Made by a program: the position numbers and the translations under genes. From an uncultured archaeon (lineage in GTDB: Archaea; Iainarchaeota; Iainarchaeia; Iainarchaeales; Iainarchaeaceae): a stretch of DNA of 32,000 bases. Shown one piece after another: positions 1 through 10,263 of this stretch. Each line of letters begins with the position of its first letter. The first letter of the stretch is position 1. The notes below the pieces were generated by a model. The model was not told the DNA's origin and searched no databases. It saw nothing but the letters and a program-made list of their open reading frames with translations. The stretch is taken from positions 125,842 through 157,841 of the forward strand of contig CAZNZM010000001.1 of the NCBI GenBank assembly GCA_964577555.1, given 5' to 3'.

Positions 1-2205
1 TTCTACTCCGAGTTTTTTTGCTGTTTGTTTTATTATTTCCTTTTGGTCCCTGAATTCATTTATATTACCCACTAATGGTATTTCTATTTCTGGTATTGCA
101 ATTACTCCTTCTTTGGCGACGTTAAGGGCTGCTTCAAATATTGCTGTGGCCTGCATTTCCGTGATTTCAGGATATGTTATGCCGAGTCTGCAGCCCCTAT
201 GACCAAGCATTGGATTGAATTCATGAAGCGATGAAGATATTTCTTTTACTTTCTCAACAGTTATGCCCATTTCTTTTGCAAGTACCTTCATTTCGTCTTC
301 CTCTTTCGGCAAAAACTCGTGCAAAGGGGGGTCAAGCAATCTTATTATAACAGGGAGGCCATCCATGGCTTTGAAAATTCCTTCAAAATCCTGTCTTTGA
401 AATGGCAACAATTTAGAAAGAGCTTTTTTTCTTTCCGATTCCGTCGTAGCGAGTATCATTTCTCTTACAGACTTTATTCTTTCGCCTTCAAAAAACATGT
501 GTTCTGTCCTGCAAAGACCTATTCCTTGGGCTCCATAGTTTCTTGCGACAAGAGCATCTTTAGGGGTGTCAGCATTGGTTCTTATTTCAAGCTTCCTGAA
601 AGAATCCGCCCACTCCATTAATTCTCCAAAAGAACCAGAAAGGCCTGGTTCAACCAATGGCAATTCTCCTTTGAAAACTTCTCCGGTTGCGCCATCAATA
701 GAAATATAATCACCTTCCCTGAATTCCAAATTCTTTTTCGGAACCGCAAATTTTCTTTCTGACTCGTGAACCCTTATATCTTCACAACCCGCTACACAAG
801 ATTTGCCCATTCCCCTGGCAACAACAGCCGCATGGGAAGTCTTGCCGCCTCTTGCAGTGAGAAAACCTTGTGAAACATGCATGCCTTCTATATCTTCCGG
901 ACTGGTTTCGGTTCTGACTAAAATTACTTTTTCGCCATAACCAGCTAATTCTGTTGCGCGTTCTGCGGTGAAAACAACTTTCCCAACAGCAGCACCGGGC
1001 GAAGCCGCTATTCCTTTTGCAATAGGCTCAGAGTTCTTTTTCGCGTCAGGATCAAGTTGTTTATGCAAAAGCTGGTCAAGTTGTTCTGGTTTTACACGTA
1101 AAATAGCTTCTTCTTTTGTTATCAGTTTTTCTTTAACCATGTCAACAGCAATCTTTACTGCTGCATGCGCAGTTCTTTTACCGGTTCTTGTTTGAAGCAA
1201 GTAAAGTTTTCCGTTTTCAAAAGTGAATTCAAAATCCTGCATTTCACGGTAATGCTTTTCAAGTTTGTCATAAATCTTCAGCAATTCAGCATACATTTTT
1301 GGATGGGTTTTTTTCATTTCGTCAATTGGCATAGGCGTTCTTATGCCTGCAACAACGTCTTCGCCTTGCGCATTTACCAAAAACTCGCCATAATGCACTT
1401 TTTCCCCTGTTGATGGATCCCTCGTGAAAGCAACTCCTGTGCCAGAATTTTCCCCCATATTGCCAAAAACCATTGCTTGGACATTGACTGCTGTTCCGGC
1501 ATCGTTTCTCAAATTATGTATCCTGCGATAGCTTACTGCCCTGTTTGACATCCACGAACCAAAAACAGCATTAATTCCCATTTCCAACTGCTTCATAGGT
1601 TCCGATGGAAAACCGATTTTCTTTTCTTTCAAAACTATTTCCTTATAAGTAGCCACCAACTCCTTAAGGTCTTCAGTAGACAAATCAGTATCAAACTTAA
1701 CTCCTTTTCTTTCTTTTAATTCGTGAAGCGCCTTTTCAAATTTAGCGTGCTCTATGCCCATTACAACATCGCCAAACATTTGTATAAACCGCCTGTAAGA
1801 ATCCCAAGCAGCTCTTTCGTTTTTTGTTTGCTTTGCAAAAGCAATTACTGTTTCGTCGTTCATCCCGAGATTTAACACAGTATCCATCATGCCGGGCATT
1901 GAAACATAAGAACCGGAACGCACCGAAACAAACAAAGGCTTTTTTTTATCCCCGAATTTTTTCCCGGTTTTCTTTTCCAATCTTTTCATCGCCTTGGCTA
2001 TTTCTTCAGCAAGCCCTTTTGGCCATTTTTTATTGTGTTTATAAAATTCCTTGCAAGCTTCAGTGGTTATGGTAAATCCGTAGGGCACTTTAAGTCCCGC
2101 ATTAGTCATTTCAGCAAGCTGTGCCCCCTTGTTTCCCAAAAGAAATTGCGATTCTTCAGTATTAGGATTTTTTGATTCGTCAAACATGTACACGTACTTT
2201 GCCAT
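1..2205 (-). CDS. ppdK: Pyruvate phosphate dikinase, partial (C-terminus beyond window edge)
   Basis: The reverse strand is open from ATG at 2205-2203 to position 1 (735 codons, in frame). N-terminus reads MAKYVYMFDESKNP..LGNKGAQLAEMTNAGLKVPYGFTITTEAC. The in-frame motif GGKTSHAAVVARGMGKSCVAGC (about 800-867) is the phosphohistidine site of PEP-utilising enzymes. AGAGGTGG Shine-Dalgarno lies just upstream. The ORF is missing from the track, probably because no stop lies inside the window. Confidence 0.9.
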   Translation of the reverse strand, partial: MAKYVYMFDESKNPNTEESQFLLGNKGAQLAEMTNAGLKVPYGFTITTEACKEFYKHNKKWPKGLAEEIAKAMKRLEKKTGKKFGDKKKPLFVSVRSGSYVSMPGMMDTVLNLGMNDETVIAFAKQTKNERAAWDSYRRFIQMFGDVVMGIEHAKFEKALHELKERKGVKFDTDLSTEDLKELVATYKEIVLKEKKIGFPSEPMKQLEMGINAVFGSWMSNRAVSYRRIHNLRNDAGTAVNVQAMVFGNMGENSGTGVAFTRDPSTGEKVHYGEFLVNAQGEDVVAGIRTPMPIDEMKKTHPKMYAELLKIYDKLEKHYREMQDFEFTFENGKLYLLQTRTGKRTAHAAVKIAVDMVKEKLITKEEAILRVKPEQLDQLLHKQLDPDAKKNSEPIAKGIAASPGAAVGKVVFTAERATELAGYGEKVILVRTETSPEDIEGMHVSQGFLTARGGKTSHAAVVARGMGKSCVAGCEDIRVHESERKFAVPKKNLEFREGDYISIDGATGEVFKGELPLVEPGLSGSFGELMEWADSFRKLEIRTNADTPKDALVARNYGAQGIGLCRTEHMFFEGERIKSVREMILATTESERKKALSKLLPFQRQDFEGIFKAMDGLPVIIRLLDPPLHEFLPKEEDEMKVLAKEMGITVEKVKEISSSLHEFNPMLGHRGCRLGITYPEITEMQATAIFEAALNVAKEGVIAIPEIEIPLVGNINEFRDQKEIIKQTAKKLGVE

Positions 2206-2285
2206 CAAGCCACCTCTATGAAAACATATTATTTACAACACTAAAAAAGAATTTAAAAGGAAAGCAAGCCAAAAAAAATGGCGAT

Positions 2286-3017
2286 TTACAAATTGGTTTG
2301 CCTGGACGTAACAATTTTTGTTGATATTCCTACAATTAAGAGTTTATCATTGTCTCTTTTAATAGTAAATTTTGTAAAAAAGTAAGGGTTTTGTTCAGGG
2401 TAAGGCAAACTGAAAACAAGTATTTGAGATTTTATTTTTTCAAAATAAGGCAATAATTCTTTTGCCAAATCTTGCGGCAATTTAGGATTTGAGGAAAGAC
2501 TATATGTTAAGTCTCTAAATTTACTAAATAAACTGGAAGGCAAGTTAATAATCTTTGAAGGATCTTTTACATGAGGATTTCCAGAACTCCAAATAACTAT
2601 TTCATAATCTTGTATTACATAGTTGTCAGGACCTTGCCCCGTCTTTTTAACATATATTATTATTTTGGCATTTCCACCGTTAAATTTTCTGTCAGAGTAT
2701 ATTTTCGCAACCGTACCAACAGGATGCTTACGAAGATTCTCATACACAAATTTTTCAAATTCTGGGGAGCGAAAATACTCTGCAAATAAGGCAGAATTTC
2801 TAACGAGCTTGTTAGGATGTTTACTGCCTTTGACAGCAAATTTTTCAAGATAATTGATTTTTTCACTAGGCGGATGAAATTTTGCAAAAACTGTTTTACC
2901 AGGCCATTTTAAAGATAGAACTTTTTGTGGGTTTTTTTTGACTTTTGGCTCATTTCGTGGCCTAAAAAGTCTAGGAATAATTGAAGGCTTAATTGGTTTT
3001 CTGGCTTTGGGCAACAT
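2286..3017 (-). CDS. Hypothetical protein, 243 aa, basic N-terminus (MLPKARKPIKP...)
   Basis: Longest ORF in its interval. The overlapping + strand ORFs are short and low-complexity. No family recognised by eye. Confidence 0.5.
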   Translation of the reverse strand: MLPKARKPIKPSIIPRLFRPRNEPKVKKNPQKVLSLKWPGKTVFAKFHPPSEKINYLEKFAVKGSKHPNKLVRNSALFAEYFRSPEFEKFVYENLRKHPVGTVAKIYSDRKFNGGNAKIIIYVKKTGQGPDNYVIQDYEIVIWSSGNPHVKDPSKIINLPSSLFSKFRDLTYSLSSNPKLPQDLAKELLPYFEKIKSQILVFSLPYPEQNPYFFTKFTIKRDNDKLLIVGISTKIVTSRQTNL

Positions 3018-3314
3018 TCAGATTATAAAATTCCGCCAAAAATAAAAATAAATAGCATTTTGTCTTTTCTTGGCTAGCCATTTTTTGAGATGATTGGCAG
3101 ACTGTTTTTCAAGCCAAATTTTGTTTTAGCTAACCGTTTTTTTGAGGGTTTTTTAGGAAATTTGTTTTATTTTTTAGTTTTTTGGGTTTATTTTTGCAAG
3201 CCAATTTAGGCAATTTTATTTTTTAAATTCAAATTGTTTTTTGCTATGGTTTCTTGATTTTTTTAATTTACAACAAACGATAAACCTATTTAATTATAAG
3301 CAAATGAATTTTAT
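3018..3314. repeat. T-rich spacer carrying TTGGC-type core motifs (minor member of the dispersed spacer family)
   Basis: TTGGCTAGCCA at 3070-3080 contains the perfect 10-bp palindrome TGGCTAGCCA. Other cores: TTTTTCAAGCCAAATT (about 3106-3120) and TTTTTGCAAGCCAATTT (3191-3207). The last is the reverse complement of AAATTGGCTTGCAAAAA seen at 11.8 kb and 21.7 kb. Confidence 0.5.
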
Positions 3315-3317
3315 TTG

Positions 3318-4076
3318 ATGAAGATTTTTATAACTGGACGAAGGCAAAACTCAATAGCTTACGAAACCGGTTTAAGGGCAATCAATTTTATCAAATCAAA
3401 AAACCTAGACTTTGAAATTGACAAAAAATTTATCAACATAAAGGGAAAGTCAAAGAATAATTTTGGAAATTCTGCTGACATAGTTGTTTGTTTTGGCGGG
3501 GATGGAACGCTTCTTTCGACTTTCCACTCTTTGAAAAAAGAAATTCCAGTAATTGGAATAAATTGCGGAAGCAAGGGTTTTCTGCAAGCCTATCAAAAAG
3601 ACGAAATTGAAAAGGCAATTGAAGATATTATTTCAAAAAATATAAAATTTGAAAAAAGAACAAGAATATTAGCAAAAATAGACGGCAAAATAGTTGGAGA
3701 AGCTTTGAATGAAGTATTAATTGTTCCTGAAAAATCCGGAAGGCTTTTGCATTACACTATTGAAATTGGAAAATATTTGTCAAACGAGGCTGGCGACGGA
3801 CTTATAATAGCAACTCCCACAGGTTCCACTGCACATGCTCTTTCTGCCGGCGGGCCTATAGTAAAAGGCAACGCATCGGTTTTTGTAGTGGTTCCAATAA
3901 ACCCTGTTGATTGGAAGCACAGACCTCTTGTAATAAATGACCATGAAAAAATTGTTATTGCTGGGTTTGAAAAAATGAAAGCAGAAGCGGTAATTGATGG
4001 ACAAAAATGGTTCAAAATAAAAAACAAAATAGAGCTTGAAAAAGGGAAACATGTTTTGTTAGGAACAAAGAACTGA
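3318..4076 (+). CDS. nadK: NAD kinase
   Basis: GGDGTLL motif (VVCFGGDGTLLSTF), TPTGSTAHALSAGGPIV motif, about 250 aa. The track starts at TTG 3315; ATG at 3318 is more likely. Confidence 0.85.
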   Translation: MKIFITGRRQNSIAYETGLRAINFIKSKNLDFEIDKKFINIKGKSKNNFGNSADIVVCFGGDGTLLSTFHSLKKEIPVIGINCGSKGFLQAYQKDEIEKAIEDIISKNIKFEKRTRILAKIDGKIVGEALNEVLIVPEKSGRLLHYTIEIGKYLSNEAGDGLIIATPTGSTAHALSAGGPIVKGNASVFVVVPINPVDWKHRPLVINDHEKIVIAGFEKMKAEAVIDGQKWFKIKNKIELEKGKHVLLGTKN

Positions 4077-4142
4077 TTTACGACAATTGTCAATTTTTAG
4101 CTTGACAAAAGACGAAAGATTTTTATATTGGCACGCCACACA

Positions 4143-4358
4143 ATGGTTTTAATGATTGATGAAAAGACTAAAGAATTGCTCAAAACGGGAAAAGCAAAAA
4201 TGGAAGCCAGATTGAAAATAGTAAAAGAATATTTTACTGGCAAAAGCATCAAAAGCAAATCAAAGTCCTCGGATTTGTTGAAAGCTGGTTTTGCAAAGAA
4301 AAAAACAAGAACAAAAGTGGTTGAAGAATACTTGAAAAAATTAAATCAACCATTTTAA
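4143..4358 (+). CDS. Small basic lysine-rich hypothetical protein (71 aa from ATG 4143; the track uses TTG 4128)
   Basis: ORF sits immediately downstream of a TTTTATAT TATA-like box at 4121-4128, directly upstream of the mevalonate operon. No recognisable domain. Confidence 0.3.
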   Translation: MVLMIDEKTKELLKTGKAKMEARLKIVKEYFTGKSIKSKSKSSDLLKAGFAKKKTRTKVVEEYLKKLNQPF

Positions 4359-4385
4359 GTTTTAGAACAGGATTGGTGTTCCAAA

Positions 4386-5696
4386 GTGAAAAACTCAAAA
4401 ATAGAAAAATTTTATGAAAAAAACCTACAAGAAAGACTTGAAATTGTAAAAAATTTTGGGGAACTGTCAAACGAGGAAATGCAAATTCTTGAAAAATTCG
4501 GGGCATTGGATTTTGAAACAGCAAACCGAATGATTGAAAATGTATATTCCACATTCCCAATGCCACTTGGAATTGCAACAAACTTTGAAATAAACGGAAA
4601 ATCATATTTAATACCTTTTGCGTTGGAAGAACCAAGCGTTGTTGCGGCGGCAAGCAACGCGGCAAAACTAAGTTCAGGCTTCACTGCCAAGGCAACAGAG
4701 CCGATAATGATAGGGCAAATACAAATAGTAAATGTAAAAAACACGAAAGAGACAATAAAAAAAATTCTTGAAAAAGAAAAAGAACTGCTTGAAAAAGCCA
4801 ATGCAATAGATTCAACTCTTGTAAAATTCGGCGGCGGCGCAAAAAAAATAGAAGCAAGGGAAATAGAGACACAAAGAGGAAAAATGATTATAATGCATTT
4901 GCTTGTTGATGTCAGGGATGCAATGGGAGCCAATGCCGTCAATACAATGTGTGAAAGAATCTCCCCAGAAGTTGAAAAAATTACAGGCGGAGAAGCCAGG
5001 CTTAGAATAATCAGCAACCTTGCAATACACAGAATTGTCGAAGCTAAAGCTATTTGGACTAAAGAAAGTCTTGGCAACGACTTTGCAAAAAAAAATGGAA
5101 TAAAAAACCCGAACCAAAAAGATATTGAAAAATTAGGGTTTGAAACAATTGAAAAAATACTTGACGCATATGAATTTGCAGCTAATGATGAATTCAGGGC
5201 TTGTACCCATAACAAAGGAATAATGAATGGTGTTGATGCTGTCGTAATTGCGACAGGAAACGACTTCAGGGCTGTTGAAGCAGGAGCTCACGCATATGCA
5301 AGTAGAAGCGGGAAATATAAGCCTTTGACAAAATACTATAAAAACAAAGACGGAAATCTTGTAGGTGAAATAGAATTGCCAATGGCTGTTGGTTTGGTTG
5401 GCGGAGCAACAAAAACACACCCGATAGCAAAAATCAATGTAAAATTGTTAGGAGTGAAAACCGCTTCAGAACTAGCTGAAATAATCGCTTCTGTAGGGCT
5501 TGCCCAAAACTTTGCCGCTTTGAAAGCCCTTGCAACAGAAGGAATTCAAAAAGGACACATGAAATTGCATGCAAAAAACATAGCCATAATCGCCGGGGCT
5601 GATAAAAAGCAAATTGACGAAGTTGCAGCAACCATGATAAAAGAAGGAAATATAAGTGTTGCAAGAGCAAAAGAAATAATAGGAGTGAAAAAATGA
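4386..5696 (+). CDS. hmgA: HMG-CoA reductase, class II (bacterial/MvaA-like type)
   Basis: Motifs: ENVYSTFPMPLGIATNFEINGKSYLIPFALEEPSVVAAAS, DAMGANAVNT, THNKGIMNGVDAVVIATGNDFRAVEAGAHAYASRSGKY, VGLAQNFAALKALATEGIQKGHMKLH. Length is about 430 aa with no membrane domain, which fits the class II architecture. GTG start. Confidence 0.85.
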   Translation: MKNSKIEKFYEKNLQERLEIVKNFGELSNEEMQILEKFGALDFETANRMIENVYSTFPMPLGIATNFEINGKSYLIPFALEEPSVVAAASNAAKLSSGFTAKATEPIMIGQIQIVNVKNTKETIKKILEKEKELLEKANAIDSTLVKFGGGAKKIEAREIETQRGKMIIMHLLVDVRDAMGANAVNTMCERISPEVEKITGGEARLRIISNLAIHRIVEAKAIWTKESLGNDFAKKNGIKNPNQKDIEKLGFETIEKILDAYEFAANDEFRACTHNKGIMNGVDAVVIATGNDFRAVEAGAHAYASRSGKYKPLTKYYKNKDGNLVGEIELPMAVGLVGGATKTHPIAKINVKLLGVKTASELAEIIASVGLAQNFAALKALATEGIQKGHMKLHAKNIAIIAGADKKQIDEVAATMIKEGNISVARAKEIIGVKK

Positions 5697-6742
5697 TGCC
5701 TGGAATTGTTGGTTATGGTTTTTATTGCCCGAAAAAAAGAATCACCGCAGAAGAAATTGCAAGGGTTTGGAACAAAGATGGTAAAAAAATTTCTGCAGGA
5801 CTTGGCATAAAAGAAAAAGCAGTGGCGGCATGGGATGAAGATACTTCAACAATTTCGGTTGAAGCGGCAAGGCTTGCGCTTGAAGTGGCAAATATTAACC
5901 CCAAAGAAATTGACGCTATTTACGTTGGCTCAGAATCACACCCATACGCAGTAAAACCGACAGCATCAATAGTAGGCGAAGCCCTGAATGTAGGACAAGA
6001 TTATATGTGTGCAGACTTGGAATTTGCATGCAAAGCCGGAACAGCAGGATTGCAAATAGTATATGGGTTTGCAAAAGCGGGTTTGATAAGATACGGCTTG
6101 GCAATCGGGGCGGACACCGCACAAGGAAGGCCCGGAGATGCTTTGGAATTCACCGCAGGCTCTGGAGGAGCTGCTTTTATTGTTGGGACAAAACCAACCG
6201 AAATAATTGCTGAAATAAACGATACCTACTCATTTACAACAGACACGCCGGATTTTTGGAGACGACAACACGCTGAATTCCCAAGGCATGCTGGAAGATT
6301 CACCGGAGAACCGGCATATTTCAAGCATGTAATTAATGCAGCAAAAAAAATGATGGAAAAAGCAAGAATGGGTCCAAAAGACTTTACACACGTTGTTTTT
6401 CACCAACCAAACGGCAAATTTCCAGTAAGGGCGGCAAAAATACTTGGATTCAATGAAGAGCAAATAAAACAAGGATTAATCACTCCCTATATAGGAAACA
6501 CGTATTCTGGTTCATCAATGATTGGACTGGCTTCGGTGCTTGACGTCGCAAAACCTGATGACAAAATATTAGTGACAAGCTACGGATCTGGCTCTGGAAG
6601 CGACGCATTCATAATGACAATAACAAAAAACATAGAGAAAAAAAGGGCAAAAGTACCGGTGCTAAAAGCAATTGAAGAAAAAGAATACATAGACTATGCA
6701 CAATACATAATACATAGAAAAAAAATCAAGGGGATGGAATAA
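5693..6742 (+). CDS. HMG-CoA synthase (archaeal short form)
   Basis: 349 aa condensing-enzyme fold: GSESHPYAVKP, CADLEFACKAGTAG, HQPNGKFP, GNTYSGS. Its start overlaps the hmgA stop (ATGATG/TGA). Confidence 0.85.
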   Translation: MMPGIVGYGFYCPKKRITAEEIARVWNKDGKKISAGLGIKEKAVAAWDEDTSTISVEAARLALEVANINPKEIDAIYVGSESHPYAVKPTASIVGEALNVGQDYMCADLEFACKAGTAGLQIVYGFAKAGLIRYGLAIGADTAQGRPGDALEFTAGSGGAAFIVGTKPTEIIAEINDTYSFTTDTPDFWRRQHAEFPRHAGRFTGEPAYFKHVINAAKKMMEKARMGPKDFTHVVFHQPNGKFPVRAAKILGFNEEQIKQGLITPYIGNTYSGSSMIGLASVLDVAKPDDKILVTSYGSGSGSDAFIMTITKNIEKKRAKVPVLKAIEEKEYIDYAQYIIHRKKIKGME

Positions 6743-7906
6743 ATGAGAAGCGTTTCAATTGTAGGGGTTGGATTGACAGAATTCGGCGAACACTGGGAAA
6801 AAAATTTTAAGGAGTTAGTAGCCGAAGCAGGAATAAAAGCAATTGAAGATTCAGGACTTCACAGAAAGGACATACAAGCTGTTTACGGGGGATGCATGGC
6901 TTCAGGCAGATTCATCGGACAAGAACACATTGGAGCACTTATAGCAGACCAACTCGGACTAAATCCGATAGCTTCAACAAGAGTTGAAGCGGCATGCGCT
7001 TCCGGTGGAGTAGCATTGAGAAACGGATATTTGGCTGTTGCATCAGGAATTTACGATGTAATAGCGGTTGGCGGAGTAGAAAAAATGACAGAAGTAAGCA
7101 CTGAAGATGCTGGATTTGCACTTGGAGGCGCTGGAGACCAAGAAACTGAACTATTCATGGGAGCAAGCTTTCCAGCACTATACGCTCTAATGGCAAGAGC
7201 ACACATGCACAAATTCGGAACTACAGAAGAACAACTTGCTGCAGTTGCGGTAAAGAACCACAAAAATGCAGAAAACAACCCATATGCACAATTCAGAAAA
7301 GCGATAACAATTGAAGAAGTCATGAATTCAGGCTATGTCGCATCGCCATTGAAATTGCTTGATTGCTCGCCAATAACAGACGGAGCGGCAGCAGTAATAA
7401 TGTGCTCCACAGAATACGCAAAAAAAATGAAGTTGGACAAAGCAGTGGAAATAATTGCATCAACACAAACATCAGATACACTTGCTTTAGCCTCAAGAAA
7501 AAACTTATACGAAATACCTGCAGCAAAACTGGCGGCAGAACAAGCTTACAAACAAGCAGGAATAACAGCAAAAGACATTGACTTTGCTGAAGTACATGAT
7601 TGCTTTACAATAGCTGAAATAATGGCTATAGAAGCACTTGGTTTTTGCAAATTGGGAGAAGGAGGAAAATTCACAGAACAAGGTAACACACAAATTGACG
7701 GACAAATCCCGATAAACACTTCAGGGGGGTTAAAAGGAAAGGGACATCCGGTAGGTGCAACCGGAGTTGCACAAGCAATAGAAGCATACTTGCAATTAAA
7801 CAACATGGCTGGAAAAAGACAAGTAAAAGGAGTAGAAATAGGACTTACACATAACGTTGGCGGTTCCGGAGCCACTGCAACAATCCACATATTCAGGAAG
7901 GCATAA
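6743..7906 (+). CDS. Acetyl-CoA acetyltransferase (thiolase)
   Basis: 387 aa. VEAACASGG active-site Cys motif, DCSPITDGAAAV, HDCFTIAE, SGGLKGKGHPVGATG. Abuts the preceding stop (TAAATG). Confidence 0.85.
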   Translation: MRSVSIVGVGLTEFGEHWEKNFKELVAEAGIKAIEDSGLHRKDIQAVYGGCMASGRFIGQEHIGALIADQLGLNPIASTRVEAACASGGVALRNGYLAVASGIYDVIAVGGVEKMTEVSTEDAGFALGGAGDQETELFMGASFPALYALMARAHMHKFGTTEEQLAAVAVKNHKNAENNPYAQFRKAITIEEVMNSGYVASPLKLLDCSPITDGAAAVIMCSTEYAKKMKLDKAVEIIASTQTSDTLALASRKNLYEIPAAKLAAEQAYKQAGITAKDIDFAEVHDCFTIAEIMAIEALGFCKLGEGGKFTEQGNTQIDGQIPINTSGGLKGKGHPVGATGVAQAIEAYLQLNNMAGKRQVKGVEIGLTHNVGGSGATATIHIFRKA

Positions 7907-7908
7907 AC

Positions 7909-8322
7909 ATGGTTCAAGGAGCATTACCATTGCATTGGAGAAAATACCCTGAAAGATACAGATTAGAAGGCAATATCAACGTTGAAACAGGACAAGAATT
8001 CTTCCCAGCAAGAGTAATAGATCCACTAACAGGCAGAAAAAGCAAGTTAGAACCAAAAGAAATGCCAAGATATGGAAAAATAATTTCATGGACAAGAGTA
8101 TTCGTGGGCCCAGCAGGCTTTGAAAACGAAACACCATACTATTTGGCAATAGTTGAACTTGAAAACGGAATAAGAATACTAACACAAATAGTTGATTCAG
8201 AACCACAAAAAGTTAAAATAGGAGCAAAAGTAAAAAAAGTATTCAGAAAAATATCTGACACAGAAACCGAAGGCGCAATAGCATACGGATATAAATTTAA
8301 AGTCATAGAACAAAAAAATTAA
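7909..8322 (+). CDS. DUF35 OB-fold protein (thiolase/HMGCS scaffold family)
   Basis: 137 aa following thiolase by 2 nt, in the conserved archaeal HMGCS-thiolase-DUF35 gene order. C-terminal OB-like pattern (YYLAIVELENGIRILTQIVD). The N-terminal zinc-ribbon cysteines are absent. Confidence 0.7.
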   Translation: MVQGALPLHWRKYPERYRLEGNINVETGQEFFPARVIDPLTGRKSKLEPKEMPRYGKIISWTRVFVGPAGFENETPYYLAIVELENGIRILTQIVDSEPQKVKIGAKVKKVFRKISDTETEGAIAYGYKFKVIEQKN

Positions 8323-8326
8323 GATA

Positions 8327-9262
8327 ATGAAATCAATCGGCATAGGCTATGGCAAAGCAATAATTTTTGGAGAACATTTTGTAGTATATGGGTTGCCTGG
8401 AATTGCATCTTCAATAAACCTAATTACAAAATGCACTTTCGAAAAAAACGACAACGGAATAATTTCAAATGACCTTGTAACAGGAGAAACAGTGATTTAT
8501 GGACAAGCAACATACAAAAACCTTGACAAAGTAATAGGAACAATACTAAAAGAAACAGGAATAAAAGAAAGAAATTTCAGGCTTGATTTGGAAACAAACA
8601 TGAGCCTTAAAGGGGGAATGGGGAGTTCGGCAGCATTATGCGTATCAATTGCAAAATGCCTTAACAAACAATTTTCCCTCAAACTAAATAAAGAAGACAT
8701 AAACAAAATTTCTTTTGAAGCAGAAAAAGTATTCCATAAAACGCCAAGCGGCATAGACAACACGGTTTCATGCTATGGCGGAACCATCTGGTTTGTAAAA
8801 GCAAAAACACAAAACATAATTGAAAGGTTGAAGTGCAAACCCGTTGAAATTGTAATGGCTGACACAGGAAAATCACACAACACCGCTGAAATAGTAGAAA
8901 TGGTTAGAAAACAAAAAGAAAAAGAACCTGAAAAATACAAAAAAATATTCGAAGAATATGAGAGGCTCGTTTATAAAGGAAGAAAAGCTCTTGAAGAAGA
9001 AAACTGGCAAACAGTGGGAAAACTTATGAATAAAAACCATGAATTGCTAAAACAAATAAACGTAAGCTGTGAAGAAAACGATTTAATAAAAGAAATATCA
9101 ATAAAAGCCGGGGCTTTGGGGGCAAAATTGACCGGTGCAGGCCTAGGAGGAAACAATATTGCATTGACTCCTGGAAAAGCATTACAAGAAAAAGTGGCAA
9201 AAGCAATAGAAAAAAAAGGATTCAAAACATATAAATTAAAAATCGGGGTGAAGCCGAAATGA
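8327..9262 (+). CDS. mvk: Mevalonate kinase
   Basis: GHMP kinase motifs: GKAIIFGEHFVVYG, GGMGSSAALCVS, KLTGAGLGG. 311 aa. Confidence 0.85.
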   Translation: MKSIGIGYGKAIIFGEHFVVYGLPGIASSINLITKCTFEKNDNGIISNDLVTGETVIYGQATYKNLDKVIGTILKETGIKERNFRLDLETNMSLKGGMGSSAALCVSIAKCLNKQFSLKLNKEDINKISFEAEKVFHKTPSGIDNTVSCYGGTIWFVKAKTQNIIERLKCKPVEIVMADTGKSHNTAEIVEMVRKQKEKEPEKYKKIFEEYERLVYKGRKALEEENWQTVGKLMNKNHELLKQINVSCEENDLIKEISIKAGALGAKLTGAGLGGNNIALTPGKALQEKVAKAIEKKGFKTYKLKIGVKPK

Positions 9263-10263
9263 GCCAAACAATGAAAGCGACAGCAATTGCAAACGCCAAC
9301 ATAGCATTAGTAAAATACTGGGGAAAAAGAGACCAAAAACTTACTCTGCCACAAAATTCAAGCATATGCATGGTTTTGGATAAATTATATACAATAACAA
9401 CAACAGAATTCTCAAAAAAACTGACACATGACACTCTTATAATTGATGGAAAAAAAGCATCACAGCAAGAACTTGAAAGAACAACAAAACACTTAGATAT
9501 TATCAGAGAGATAGCTGGAAAAAAAATTTATGCTCACATTGAAAGCAAAAATAATTTTCCAAAATCGGCAGGCTTGGCGAGTTCGGCTTCCGGATTTGCG
9601 GCTCTTACACTATCTGCAACAAAAGCAATTGGTTTGGAACTGAATGAAAAAGAACTAAGCATAATTGCAAGGCAAGGTTCTGGAAGTGCAGCAAGAAGCA
9701 TTCCAGGAGGATTTGTAGAACTCACAAAAGGAACCAAAAGCGATGGCTCGGATTGTTTTGCATTCCAAATAGCACCAAAAGAACATTGGCCAGAACTTAC
9801 AATGATTGTTGCAGTAGTTACGAAAAAAGAAAAGCAAATTTCATCAACAAAAGGAATGGAAAACACAGTTGAAACATCACCTCTTTACAAAGCTTGGCTT
9901 GAAACAATAGAAGAAGACCTTGAAAAAACCAGAAAAGCAATAAAAGAAAAAAACATTGAATTGCTAGGCAAGACAGCAGAAATGAATTGTCTAAAAATGC
10001 ACTCCACAATGCTTACAACCGAACCACACATCATATATTGGGAACCTGAAACAATAAAATTGATAAAAGAAGTAATGAAAATGCGCTCCGAAGGAATAGA
10101 ATGCTATTTTACAATAGATGGCGGACCACAAGTAAAAATAATATGCTTAGAAAAAGACAGAAAAAAAGTTGAAAAAAAAATCAAAAAAATGAAAGAAGTA
10201 AAAGCAATCTATTCCTGCCATGCTGGAGACGGAGCAAGAATTGAAAAAAAAGGGTTATTCTAA
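9259..10263 (+). CDS. Mevalonate-(di)phosphate decarboxylase family (MVD/PMD; substrate not resolvable by eye)
   Basis: NIALVKYWGKRD, SAGLASSASGFAAL, GSGSAARS and FTIDGGPQV motifs of the MVD family. 334 aa. 4-nt start/stop overlap with mvk. Confidence 0.8.
   Translation: MSQTMKATAIANANIALVKYWGKRDQKLTLPQNSSICMVLDKLYTITTTEFSKKLTHDTLIIDGKKASQQELERTTKHLDIIREIAGKKIYAHIESKNNFPKSAGLASSASGFAALTLSATKAIGLELNEKELSIIARQGSGSAARSIPGGFVELTKGTKSDGSDCFAFQIAPKEHWPELTMIVAVVTKKEKQISSTKGMENTVETSPLYKAWLETIEEDLEKTRKAIKEKNIELLGKTAEMNCLKMHSTMLTTEPHIIYWEPETIKLIKEVMKMRSEGIECYFTIDGGPQVKIICLEKDRKKVEKKIKKMKEVKAIYSCHAGDGARIEKKGLF

Noticed and set aside
4412-5215. 267-aa ORF antisense to the HMG-CoA reductase gene
   Set aside because: It is fully embedded antisense in a gene with unmistakable class II HMGR motifs, and its product is Ser/Phe/Ile-rich low-complexity. 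The same reasoning applies to the other antisense track ORFs inside the MVA genes, serS (27294-27768) and nadK.
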